Origin: Octopus bimaculoides
Taxonomy: Eukaryota
Reading direction: 5' to 3'
NCBI RefSeq assembly: GCF_001194135.2
Contig: NC_068989.1
Location: 71,826,203-71,859,456 of the forward strand
Length of the DNA stretch: 33,254 bases
In this document: positions 1 through 10,794 of the stretch, piece by piece
How positions within the stretch are numbered: position 1 is the stretch's first letter
How the letters are laid out: each line of letters starts with the position of its first letter
The notes under the pieces: generated by a model
The model's input: only the letters and a program-made list of their open reading frames with translations
Told to the model about the DNA's origin: nothing
Database searches by the model: none
Made by a program: the position numbers and the translations under genes

Positions 1-28
<28 letters not shown>

Positions 29-31
<3 letters not shown>

Positions 32-321
32 TCATCATCGTTTAACATCTGCTTTCTATGCTGGCATAGGTCGCACGGTTTGACTGGGGACTGGTGAGCC
101 AGATGGCTGCACCAGGCTCCAATCTGATCTGGCAGAGTTTCTACAGCTGGATGCCCTTCCTAACGTCAACCACTCCGAGAGTGTAGTGGGTGCTTTTATG
201 TGCCACCGGCACGAGGGCCAATCAGGCGTTACTAGCAATGGCCATGCTCAAATGGTGTTTTTACTTGTCACCTGCACAGGAGCCAGGGCAGTGGCACTGG
301 CAATGCCGTCGCTTGAAGGTG
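29..321 (-). mobile_element. 3' tail of a non-LTR retroelement/SINE (RTE-like, (GAT)n tail)
   Basis: CATCATCATCGTTTAACATCTGCTTTCTATGCTGGCAT...CTGGATGCCCTTCCTAAC, shared with 14563-14745 and 5600-5700. Confidence 0.6.
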
Positions 322-349
322 TATATATATATATGATATATATATATGA

Positions 350-638
350 TAGACTGTCCTATTGATGACAACCTTTGACTGTTCAGCTTTTGTTGAACAA
401 CCTGCTGAAATGATTTGTTTATAGTGACCAAGTGTAAGTACCGTACATTAGTTCATTCACTCATTCGAAATTGATGTAGTCTGAACAGATGCATGGTGTA
501 CCACATGTCAGGTATTAGAGTGCTTGTAGAGCAGGGTGAGATGACATGTTTTGCTCAAGAAGACAACACACCACTTGGCTTAAGAACTGAAACCACAATC
601 TCGTAACTGTGAGTATAACACACTAACCACTAGGCCAT
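350..638 (-). mobile_element. Old tRNA-derived SINE (family D)
   Basis: Minus-strand head ATGGCCTAGTGGTTAGTG (box A), GGTTTCAGTTC (box B-like), then GTCTTCTTGAGCAAAACA domain. Confidence 0.6.
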
Positions 639-883
639 ATATACATTACATATATATATAATTTACACACACAGTGCAACCCTATTATAATGCAATAGAA
701 ATCATGAAGCAGAACCGACCACATAAAACGAGCTAATGTACTAAAAAATGAGATTCATGAAAATTCAGAAATAAATAAATAAATAAGTAAATAAATAAAT
801 AATAAATAAAAAACAGACAATTACTTATTTTGTTATATCTGCATTCAGATTAAACTGGGTTATGTTTACAACAAAACCGCTCA

Positions 884-884
<1 letters not shown>

Positions 885-973
<89 letters not shown>

Positions 974-980
974 ATATATA
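885..980. repeat. (TA)n microsatellite; others at 1-29, 1212-1240, 2455-2534, 16135-16178, 19335-19415, 29843-29882, (GA)n 28648-28685
   Basis: Directly visible. Confidence 0.97.
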
Positions 981-1131
981 GAGAGGTTATGAGTGATAGT
1001 GGTGTCAATTAGACCCTTAGGTTTCAGGTAATGCTGAGTAAGTGCTATGGATAGACCATAGTTAAGCTCCAGGTTCGGTGATTATGCAAATAAGGGGTCC
1101 AACGTAGGTCGTATATCAGCGTGCGAATATA

Positions 1132-1208
1132 AGGATTTACTTTTCGTAATGAGATAAAATATATAATATACACAGCCTTGGTTTTTTATATCATTACGAA
1201 AAGTAAAT

Positions 1209-1211
<3 letters not shown>
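1132..1211. repeat. 80-bp inverted repeat / mini-MITE
   Basis: GGATTTACTTTTCGTAATGAGATAAAA (1133-1159) vs TTTTATATCATTACGAAAAGTAAATCC (1184-1210), one mismatch, TA on both flanks. Confidence 0.75.
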
Positions 1212-1244
<33 letters not shown>

Positions 1245-1292
1245 AATAATAATAAATGGAGGAAAACACATATAATCAATAAGTTCCTTTAA

Positions 1293-1379
1293 TTCCTACA
1301 TATGTTTCAAAATATATGTGCACTCTACTCCAAAGAAGTAAGAGGTGCTGGACTTGCACAAAAATTTATCTTCAGGGAA
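1293..1379 (-). ncRNA. Minimal type I hammerhead ribozyme (Penelope-like-element/retrozyme type)
   Basis: Minus strand: TTCC-CTGAAGA-[stem II with TGTGCA/TGCACA and inner CTCTTACTTC/GGAGTAGAG hairpin]-GAAA-CATATG-TA^GGAA. Core CUGANGA/GAAA, GUA cleavage triplet, stem I TTCC/GGAA, 2-bp stem III with palindromic ACATATGT. Confidence 0.7.
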
Positions 1380-1711
1380 CCAACACACAAAAAGCAAGAC
1401 ATGCGCTAAATGCTAAGGTTGTGTACGAGTTATAACATTATATAGCTAAGTAAATGACTGTTAGAAACAAGAATGCTGGTTTACAGGGAGCTGTTAAGGG
1501 AGAGAGGCTATGAACGCTATATATATATATATAAAGATATGTATATATATATGTATATCAATCACTAATAAATATGTGATGAAAACCTGGTGTTAGTTTA
1601 TGATTAATATTGAGTTTTCTTCTTCATGTAATGTCATTAATGCAGTGGTGTCAGAAATGACCAAGTTGACTGCATGCATGGCTAGGATAAAGGGCTTCTA
1701 GCATTGGGACA

Positions 1712-2122
1712 TTTATATCTTTTATTTGTGCCAGTCACTGGAGCAGTACTGCCTTGAAGAGTTTAGTGAATTAAATTGACATAGGTATTTATTTTTTAAG
1801 CCTAATATTTTATTCTATTGGGTCTCTTTGCTGAACTGCTAAGTTACAGGGACATAAACAAACCAGCACTGGTTGTCAAGTAGTGGTTGAGAGAAGCACA
1901 GATACACACACATACATATATAGAAGCATACATATATATATATACATACATACATACATACATACATACATACATACATGCATACACACGATACACAGTT
2001 TCCATCTACCAAATCAACTCAGAAAGCTATAGTGGGTGACACTTGCTCAAGGTACCATGCAGTGAGACTGAACCTGGTACCATGTGGTTGGGAAGCAAAC
2101 CTTTTCACACAGCCACACCTGT
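1712..2122 (-). mobile_element. Family A tRNA-SINE, old copy with internal microsatellite
   Basis: Diverged match to copies at 6880-7279 and 31395-31793. Confidence 0.8.
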
Positions 2123-2189
2123 AACAGTCTATTGAAAGCTATAAGTGAAACCATCTCATAAGATGGACTATGAGCTTTCAAAAGTTGGC

Positions 2190-2440
2190 AATTTGAGCAA
2201 GTGTCTTCTACTATAAGCCCTGGCCTGACCAAAGCTTTCTGAATGAATTTGCAAGATGGAAACTGAAAGAATTTATTATATATAGGCACAAGTATGGCTG
2301 TGTGGTAAGAAACTTGCTTCCCAACCACATGATTGTAGGTTCAATCCAACTGTGTGGCAGTTTGGGTGACTACTATAGCCACAGGCTGACCGAAGCCTTG
2401 TAAGAGGATTTGGTAGACAGAAACTGAAAGAAATCTGTTG
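2190..2440 (+). mobile_element. Two family A SINE fragments (central domain 2190-2272; head plus domain 2284-2440)
   Basis: GAGCAAGTGTCTTCTACTATAAGCCC..GGAAACTGAAAGAA; TGGCTGTGTGGTAAG box A and GGTTCAATCC box B. Confidence 0.8.
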
Positions 2441-2489
2441 TATGTGTGTGTGCATTATATATATATATATATATAGGCATATATATACA

Positions 2490-2534
<45 letters not shown>

Positions 2535-2779
2535 NNNNNNNNNNNNNNNNNNNNNNNNNNNNNNNNNNNNNNNNNNNNNNNNNNNNNNNNNNNNNNNNNN
2601 NNNNNNNNNNNNNNNNNNNNNNNNNNNNNNNNNNNNNNNNNNNNNNNNNNNNNNNNNNNNNNNNNNNNNNNNNNNNNNNNNNNNNNNNNNNNNNNNNNNN
2701 NNNNNNNNNNNNNNNNNNNNNNNNNNNNNNNNNNNNNNNNNNNNNNNNNNNNNNNNNNNNNNNNNNNNNNNNNNNNNNN
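2535..2779. other. Assembly gap (245 N) within (TA)n
   Basis: N run. Confidence 1.
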
Positions 2780-2814
<35 letters not shown>

Positions 2815-3139
2815 AGTGGTGAGGAGTGTGTGTCTCTTTTCTTGGCATGGCAGTATAGTTGTAAATGAGGACCACCCTCATACAAGCAGAGTCTCAAACA
2901 CCACAAGTTAACTATCACCTTCAAGAATGCAGCAAAGCATTGATTGGCCCATTGTGTCCTTCATTCAAACTCAAACAGCCAATGAGGATGTTCTTGATCA
3001 TGAATGTTATGTTATAACATGAAAACATGTCTGAGTCGTACTGTATTACCAATCAATGCAATGTGGTTAACTCTTGCATAAGATACACAACCTACTTTAC
3101 AAATATATATTGAGGTAAACAAGATAAAAACTCTGTGGG

Positions 3140-3367
3140 TGTGTGCATGTGTGCATTTTTGTCCCCCCCACCACTGCTTGACAACCAATGTTGGTGAGTC
3201 TTATGTCTCTGTAATTTAGTAGTTTGGCAAAAGAGACTGATAGAATAAATACCAGGCTTAAAAAAAAAAAAAAACAGTAGTGGGATCAATTTCATTCAAC
3301 TAAAATTGCTCAAGGTAGTACCCCAGCATGGTTACAGTCTAATGACTGAAATAAGTAAAAGATAAAG
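3140..3367 (+). mobile_element. Family A SINE 3' half
   Basis: TTGTCCCCCCCACCACTGCTTGACAACC...AATGACTGAAATAAGTAAAAGA. Confidence 0.8.
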
Positions 3368-4340
3368 ATTTGGACTTGTTTATTGAAAAAATTTCAAAGT
3401 GGTTTTGTAAAGGAAAATATATGATTGTGTGCATGTAAATAGAATGCTCTGATAGTATACTGGAATAAAATATGAAACTATAAATTTATCATATATAAAT
3501 TGCATTTATACGAGTACTGTACTTCAATGTTATGTTCTTTCAGATTATCTGTACAGTTGTGTATATTTTGGTTAAGAGACTTGCCATACAGCATCTAAAA
3601 CTTGTGTTTCTGGTTATAATGTCTTGTGTTACTGCGACTGTTCACCAGGATGATGACCCAATGCTATAGTTTTGCTGCCATTCACTCACTGGAAATAGTT
3701 GATAGACAGACGAAAATTTATCATTATTCATTTACTATAGAAAAAAGGAAAATGTTTAACTGTCTTAAGCTTGGGCCTCTGTATCTGACCTTACCCTCCA
3801 ACTGGGTTTCTGAGCCAAAAAATAAACAGTAGCATATACAGCAAGATTGGAAAGGAAGGACATTGTGTATAGGACAATGATGCTCATTTGCAAGCATCTC
3901 TCTATATCAAGACAAAGACTGAGAAAGAGAGAGAAAAACAGACAGACAGATAAAGAAACACACACATGCAACCACATACACAGCTTAAGAGTAACAATTT
4001 CAGGTAAACTAATGAACAAAACTGGCTGCATCTTCTTTACCTATGTGTGTTGTTCATTACCGCTTTACTGGGAATCTGACAGAGATAACATTTAACCTAT
4101 TCCTGCTATAGCAGGAATACGGCATGACAGGCTAAAAGACAATAGAACCATTAAATAATGTAAGATATAATATCAGTTGTTGGTTATTTATGCTAGAGAA
4201 GTGGTTGAAATGAGATGCTGTGGCCTCCCTCAAACTGCTTATGTGCCGTAAGCAGTTATTCATAAGTTTGTGCTAATAATCGGTAATAATTAGGCTCGTT
4301 TTCAATATTTTATTAGCAGTAATAATTGTTGTACATAGTA

Positions 4341-4560
4341 GAGGTGCATGGCTTAGTGGTTAAGGTGTTGGACTCATGATTGTAAGATTGTGGTTTCAAT
4401 TCCCAGACCAGGCGGTGCATCATGTTCTTGAGCAAAACACTTCATTTTATGTTGTTCCAGTCCACTCACCTGGTGACAATGTATAATTCAGTGAGGGACC
4501 AGTGTCCCACCCAGGGAAAATTATATATATCAGAGAAACCAGGAAACCAACCCTATGCTC
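4341..4560 (+). mobile_element. Family C-related tRNA-SINE, old
   Basis: GGTGCATGGCTTAGTGGTTAAGG..GGTTTCAATTCCCAGACC..GTTCTTGAGCAAAACAC. Confidence 0.75.
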
Positions 4561-5599
4561 CTTATGAAGAATTGGAACTAGCCCAGTAGTCTGATGCTCA
4601 TCTGGCTCTCTGGTCTATAGCATTTGGTCTCCCATTCACAATACTGCTGCATCAGACTTAGGACAATTTTAGGCCATGTTTAAAAATAAACAAGTGCATG
4701 TCATGTATGCTGGTAAACACTGTACATTTGAATACAGATATGAATATTATTAGTCATACAAATGTATACACACTTGTGTAAACACAGATTCTATGAATAA
4801 TACTAATGTTTTATGCATAGGTCGCACTCTCTCAGACTCCAGAAGGTGCTAAGGAAGTTAAACCACCACTACTACCACCACCACCACCACCACCACCACC
4901 ACTATTACAGCTCAGCTTTTCTTGTATTATTTCTAGCAGGTTTTCATTTGGAGCATTTATATTCTCATTAACTGGAGTAAACAAGGGTGTCATGTATGTT
5001 AAACATGGGGAAACATGGGGAGTGATGAGGTCACAGAAATGTTGGAAACCACTGGTCTAGTCCAATACGATGATGGGATGGTCATGGCTGGAACATCTTT
5101 GATCATAGGTCTGCTTTGTCAGAGAAGACGTAGACTAAAGAACAACATACAGATGCATATACATATTACACACACACACACACAGGAGTTGGGGTAGGCA
5201 TTAAAGTATTGAATAGAATACTTTGTAGCATTCACTGGCCCTCTGTCCAAATCTGACCAAGGTTAAATTTTTTTTTGTCTGTCATTTCAAGATCAATAAA
5301 TAAAGTACCAGTCTAGTACTAGGGCTGGATTCTTCTCTGTCTGTCTGTCTCTCTCTGATAAAGAAATTAGGTGTATTCAGACCAAGAGAAAACCAGGCCC
5401 ATGGTTCCCCCTGGCATTTAAGCTATCGAAGACACACAACATCTTCCAATTCCAGCAGAAGCTGAGAGCATTGAAAAGTAAAGAAGAAAGGATACACATA
5501 CATACACCAGCATATTGACATATCAATTAAGTGTATAGCTATATTGATTCCTGCAAAAAAAAAAAAAACGAAAAAAAAAATCAATTAAAAACTTATCTT

Positions 5600-5833
5600 C
5601 ACCATCATCATCATATCTATTTTTCCATGCTTGAATGGGCCAAATGTAATTTGTTGAATAAAATATTCTACAGCTAGATGCCCTTCCTGTCATTAACCTG
5701 TACTTATTTCCAAGGAAGGTAAATATTTCTTCATAACTGGACAAGTCTTTCGTGAAAGATTGGACAACGTGTATAGGACAGTGATGCTCATTTGGAAGCA
5801 TCATTCTATACCAAGACAAGGACTGAGAGAGAA

Positions 5834-5864
<31 letters not shown>

Positions 5865-6045
5865 AACACACACACGCAACCACATACACCCATATAAACA
5901 CCCATACACCCTGTGCTTCTTTAAGTTTCTGCCTAACAAATCTATCCACAAAGATTTGGTAAGTTCGAGGCTATAGTAGAAGACACCTGCTCAAAGTGCC
6001 ACAGAATGGGATTGAACCTCGTAATATGTAGTCAGGAAGTGATAT
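5600..6045. mobile_element. Composite: RTE-like tail variant, microsatellite and partial family A SINE
   Basis: CATCATCAT..CTAGATGCCCTTCCTGTC, then a block shared with 3845-3980 and (reverse) 2826-2900, then GGCTATAGTAGAAGACACCTGCTCAAAGTGCC of family A. Confidence 0.6.
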
Positions 6046-6064
6046 GTATGTTTCTAATATCATT

Positions 6065-6390
6065 GGGGGTTCTATTAGTTACAATGATGAATGGTCTAAT
6101 TGATTCAAACAATGGCACAGCCTGCTGGTAAAATTAACATGCAAGCGGCTGAGCACTTCACAGACACGTGTACTCTTAATGTAGTTTACTTCTCAGGGGA
6201 ATTCAGCAAGGTTCGGAGTGTGATAAGGCTGGCCTTTTGAAATACAGGTACTACTCATTTCTGCTAGCTGAGTGCACTGAAGCAACATGAAATAAAGTGT
6301 CTTGCTCAAGGACACAATGTGCTATTCGGAATCGAATTCATAGCGTTGTGATTGCAAGCTGAATACCCCAGCTACAAAGCTATGTGCTTT
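6065..6390 (-). mobile_element. Family C-related tRNA-SINE
   Basis: Reverse complement matches the 3' half of 23987-24372 and the head of 13602-13850. Confidence 0.75.
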
Positions 6391-6605
6391 CCTTGTGTTT
6401 GATAAGAGTATTGAAAGCATACACACGCATGCAAAAAAACAAACACGCCCACATGCATGCATACGCGCACACACACACACACACACAATGGAATTAAAAT
6501 TTTAAATCAGTATAAAAATTCAACCAAAATATTCTAAAATTTGAAATTGGAAGCTGGTGTTAAATGTTTTTTTTAAAATTTTACCTTACATATTTAGAAT
6601 TTTAA

Positions 6606-7725
6606 TTCTTTAGTGTTCAGATTTCTCTGTCAAATGTAATTGCTTATTTACTCACATTAATATGAACTCGTGGAATCTGTGGAAATTCCACAAAATGAGA
6701 AAGATTAAGAGAAGCTATTTTAGAAAATAAGGAAGATTTTTTGTTTATTTTGCTAATTTATTTCACTTCCAGTCACAATTATATATCATAGGGTTTCAAA
6801 ATTTCCCTCTGCTAAGCACCTTATATTTCTCTCTACCTCTTCAACAAACTTTTCAATCATATAATTCTCCTCTTCATGTCTTACTCTTTTACTTGTTTCA
6901 GTCATTAGACTGTGGCCATGCTGGAGCACCACCTTTAGTCGAGCAAATCAACCCCAGGACTTATTCTTTGTAAGCCTAGTACTTATTCTAATGGCTCTCT
7001 TTTGCCGAACCACTAAGTTACAGGGACGTAAACGCACCAGCATCGGTTGTCAAGCGATGTTGGGGGGACAAACAGACACACAAACATATACACATACACA
7101 CATATATACATATACACAACTGGCTTCTTTCAGTTTCCGTCTACCAAATCCACTCACATGGCTTTGGTCGGCCCGAGGCTTTAGTAGAAGGCACTTGCTC
7201 AAGGTGCCACACAGTGGGACTGAACCCAGAACCATGTGGTTCGTAAGCAAGCTACTTCCCACATAGCCACTCCTACGCCTGTATTCACATTTTCTTTTCA
7301 CCTTTCCCTCCCCACCCTACAGCACATCATTAACACTACTCTCTCCCTTTTTTTTACTCACTATCTTTTTCTCTCACTCCTCGCCTGTCTCTTCAACTAA
7401 CCATATGATGTATTTGGCTTTAGTGCATTATTATATCCCTCTCTTCTCTACTCACATTTCTCCCCCCCCCTTCTCTCTCTTTCTCACTCTCACTCTACCT
7501 CTCACTCACTCCACCTCTCTAACTAAAATATAACAGGTGGATGAACGACGCAGATGATTATAAAGACAGTCATGCCGTATCTTGTAGTTTTGAAATTTCA
7601 ATGATGCGATTATTTATTTTTAGAATAATATTGTAGGGTAAGTGTAAGAGACCGGATCTGGCCAGTTTGAAGATAAACAGATAAATCATTTTGGCCAGAT
7701 ATGGCCAGTTTAAATGGTCAAAGTG
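6606..7725. mobile_element. TTAA-flanked MITE probably split by ~0.9 kb of insertions (halves ~6606-6670 and ~7571-7725)
   Basis: TTAA at 6602-6605 and 7726-7729 with degenerate CCCTTTAGCATT-like ends; both halves resemble one short octopus repeat that I recall (unverified). Confidence 0.45.
6880..7279 (-). mobile_element. Family A tRNA-SINE, young full-length copy
   Basis: Head GGCGTAGGAGTGGCTATGTGG (box A)..GGTTCAGTCCC (box B), conserved central domain, internal microsatellite, (GTAAAAGA)n tail; highly similar to 31395-31793 and 33025-33240. Confidence 0.92.
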
Positions 7726-7737
7726 TTAATACTGATT

Positions 7738-7842
7738 TCAATTTTGGCACAAGGCCAGCAATTTTGGAGCAGAGGGTAAGTTGATTTAATTGACCCCAGT
7801 ATCTAAATGGTACTTATCTTACTGACCCTGAAAGGACAAAAG

Positions 7843-7898
<56 letters not shown>

Positions 7899-7991
7899 GA
7901 CCCAAGTAGCATTTGAACTCGGAATGTAAAGTCAAGAATTGCCGCTAAGCATTTTGCCCAGAATACTAATGATTCAGCCAGCTTGCTGCCT
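7738..7991 (-). mobile_element. Family B tRNA-SINE containing an internal A52 run (7845-7896)
   Basis: Matches the reverse complement of 12722-12936 and 32171-32390. Confidence 0.85.
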
Positions 7992-8759
7992 TGATTAGAA
8001 ATTTGATATTAACTAGTTGACACCTTGGCATCTATGCTTCTGATATTTGTTTATAAAAATATCTTTTGCTTTTATTAATTCTGAAATTTCAAACTGTAAG
8101 CAAAACAAATATATTAAGAAATAAAAAAAAAATCACATCACTTTGCACCATATTTTGCCTAATGATCTTTGATATTTTCATGATGACATCACATGATGAA
8201 CAAATGTTGAGCATCCTCTTGCCAATATAATAATGATGATGATAATAATAATAATAATAATGAGCTTATTGTATATGTTCTACTTTACAACCTTAGAAGA
8301 AAACTATTTACATATCTAAGAAACACACACTCACACACGCACACAGCTGTCAAAACATAATTAACAAAAATTTCCCGACTAACGAGCATTGTTGTGATGG
8401 CAAACATAAAATCTTTGGTGATAAGTACAGAACACATATAAGTTTATAGCCAACGAATAATCGATGAGATGGTGTGGTGGTGGTGGTGGTGGGTGATGGT
8501 GGTGGAGGTGGTGTAGAAGTGCAATGATGTGATAACAGTTACTTAGTTTAACCACTGCACAGTTACAACATGAGGAAATGATAGAGGTTGCAGACATTTG
8601 GAGCAGCACAAAACAATGTAATAATGCTGTATTATTAAACACTGCACACATTGTAAACATTGCACCAGTAACATAGTACACCATTGTAGAACCAATGAGA
8701 GAGTCTCTTTATGCATATAGGAAAAAAAAATTAAAAAAACAAACAAAAAAAACAACTTT

Positions 8760-9165
8760 GGATGGTCCCAGCTGGGATGTCTTTAATCATAAGAGTTACT
8801 TGTTCAGAATCGACCTGGGGTTAAACAACAGCTTATTGTTAAAGAATTGCGGGTTTGACTGACTGAGATAGCTGATCTGTTAGAAATCACAACTAAATCT
8901 CTAAAAGCGGAACACATTAGATAAATTAATCCAAGAATGCACCCCACCCAACCAATAAAAAAAACAGGATGGCCACAGTTTAAATGCCTCTAATTGTTTG
9001 TTTTATCAGGGTTGGCGAGGAAGGAAAAATAAATGACAATTACATGTAAATAATGAGCTGATGAATGAAAAAGCCTCCATGCAGTCAGACGAATTGCTAA
9101 AAATAGCAGCTTATCACTCTCAAATCACTGCACACTATTTGAAAAAAGAAAGGAGACAACCCTTG
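8760..9165 (+). mobile_element. Cluster of family E repeat fragments
   Basis: Blocks GGATGGTC..TTTAATCATAA..GACCTGGGGTTAAACAAC and GCTAAAAATAGCAGC..CTCAAATCAC recur at 5050-5145, 13370-13570, 16780-17015 and 17505-17692. Confidence 0.65.
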
Positions 9166-9307
9166 ATCCATATAGTTGTTAATTCATTATGTGATATTGT
9201 GTGATATGATGTGGATGTGTGTGTCTACTAGTGTAAATTGGGGTGTTGAGTTGTGTCCCTTTAATGTGGAATTGTTACATAGTCATTCAATAAATAGAGA
9301 TCGATAA

Positions 9308-9522
9308 GGCGGCAAAATGGTAGAATCGTTAGCACGCCAGGCAAAATGCTTAGCAGAATATTGTCTGTCTTTATGTTCCGAGTTCAAATTCTGCCGAGGT
9401 CAACTTTACCTTTCATCCTATCAGGGCCAGAAAAATAAATACCAGTTGAGTATTGGAGTTGATGTGATCAACTTACTCACTCCCCTGAAACCGCTGGCCT
9501 TGTGCCAAAATTTGAAATCAAT
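9308..9522 (+). mobile_element. Family B tRNA-SINE
   Basis: GGCGGCAAAATGGTAGAATCGTTAG..GAGTTCAAATTC..GGCCTTGTGCC. Confidence 0.88.
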
Positions 9523-9546
9523 AAATGAAGAACGATATACAATGAT

Positions 9547-9990
9547 GCAGGTATGGCCATGTGTTTAAATGGTTCCCAACCACACAGTTTTGGGTTCAGT
9601 TTCACTGTGTGGCATCATGGGCAACTGTTTTCTATTAAAGCTTTGGGCCAATGCAAAAAGCTAGTGAGTGGATTTAATAGACACAGACGTATATATGTAC
9701 ACATGCACACAGGTGTGTTTGTGTGCATTTGTGTGAGTGCATGAGTGTGAGTGTGTGCGTTTGTGTGCATGTGCGTTTGTGTGCGTGTGTGCGTCTGCGT
9801 TTATGTGTGCATGCGTGCGCATGTGCATATGTGTGTGTTTGTGTGCATGTGCGCGCGCATGTGCATGTATGTGAGCGAGTGTGTGTGCGAGTGTGAGTGT
9901 ATGTATGCGAGTGTGTGTGTATGTGTGCGAGTTTGTGTGCGTGTATGTGTGCTTGTATGTGCGTGCGTGTATGTGTGCGAGTTTGTGTGA
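9547..9990 (+). mobile_element. Family A SINE head followed by ~290 bp cryptic (TG/CG)n microsatellite
   Basis: GCAGGTATGGCCATGTG..GGGTTCAGTTTC..GTGAGTGGATTTAATAGAC, then GTGTGC-type repeats. Confidence 0.75.
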
Positions 9991-10014
9991 ATATTTGGGT
10001 GTTTTTGTTCTGGG

Positions 10015-10345
10015 GAAGGGGACAATCGATTACATCAACCTCAGCGCGTAACTGATAATTATTTCATCTACCCTGAAAGGATGAAAAGCAAAGTCGATCC
10101 CGTCAGAATTTGAACTTAGAATGTAAAGACTGACAGAAAAAAATAATCAGGAAGCATATTTAGCCTGACATGCTAATGATTCTGCCAATTTGCACTCTTA
10201 AAAATGCTAATAATGATAACATTTTTTTTTTATTGTTGGCACAAAGACAACAATCATGAGGGGAGTGGCCAAGTTGATTGTATCAACTGCAGTACTTTAC
10301 TGGTACTTTATTTTATCGATCCTGAAAGGATGTAAAGCAATATGC
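10015..10345 (-). mobile_element. Two adjacent family B SINE fragments
   Basis: CCCTGAAAGGATGAAAAGCAAAGTCGA..GAATTTGAACTTAGAA and TTGGCACAAAG..TTTATCGATCCTGAAAGGATG. Confidence 0.8.
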
Positions 10346-10391
10346 TGGGTCAAGAGAAATATTGTTATGCATTTTATCTCATGTTCTAATG

Positions 10392-10448
10392 CAGCGGTTC
10401 CGAATCTGGGGTCCCCGGACCCCTTGTGGTCCGTCAACTAAATTCAAA

Positions 10449-10502
<54 letters not shown>

Positions 10503-10599
10503 TACACGCACACATATACATACATACATACATAAAGATAAGCAGATTAAAAGGGGTCCGTGGGAAAAGTCATTTAAATAAAAGGGTTGGGAGCCAGTG
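10392..10599. mobile_element. hAT-type MITE with internal (TA)n/(CATA)n
   Basis: Perfect 8-bp TSD TTCTAATG (10384-10391 and 10600-10607); imperfect ends CAGCGGTTCCGAATC / GGTTGGGAGCCAGTG. Confidence 0.85.
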
Positions 10600-10607
10600 T
10601 TCTAATG

Positions 10608-10696
10608 CTTCTGTAATTACTGCCAGAGGCAGTCCTACCACACATTAAAATAAATTTGTTTGAAATTTTGAGTTTCATTATTTTGTCCAACCCCTG
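10608..10696 (+). mobile_element. 3' terminal fragment of a Tc1 element
   Basis: VITARGSPTTH* C-terminus followed by TTATTTTGTCCAACCCCTG|TA, a Tc1-type TIR with TA; similar to the C-terminus at 30041-30075. Confidence 0.7.
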
Positions 10697-10794
10697 TATA
10701 TATATAAAATTTTTAAAAAACATGTAATAAATAAACAATGAACATATACTAAATACACAGACGAACGGAAAACAGATATATATGTATGTATTTG

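Noticed and set aside
2276-2924. Long ORFs spanning the first N gap
   Set aside because: Artefacts of N runs and (TA)n (poly-YI).
3544-3670. Hydrophobic plus-strand frame IICTVVYILVKRLAIQHLKLVFLVIMSC after a good acceptor
   Set aside because: Isolated, no homology, no partner exons; expected by chance in T-rich DNA.
3775-3835. Minus frame YCLFFGSETQLEGKVRY with spacing like the SAT YALYFxTYSTWEGRxLY motif
   Set aside because: Lacks the invariant W and the following LED, and has no suitable splice sites; likely coincidence.
4940-4993. Plus-strand exon-like segment VFIWSIYILINWSKQGCH
   Set aside because: The acceptor derives from a reversed family E motif (CCTGCTAGAAATA); no recognisable protein.
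5395-5460. Strong minus acceptor followed by SAGIG, like the SAT GxGIG exon
   Set aside because: In-frame TAA and no donor at the expected position.
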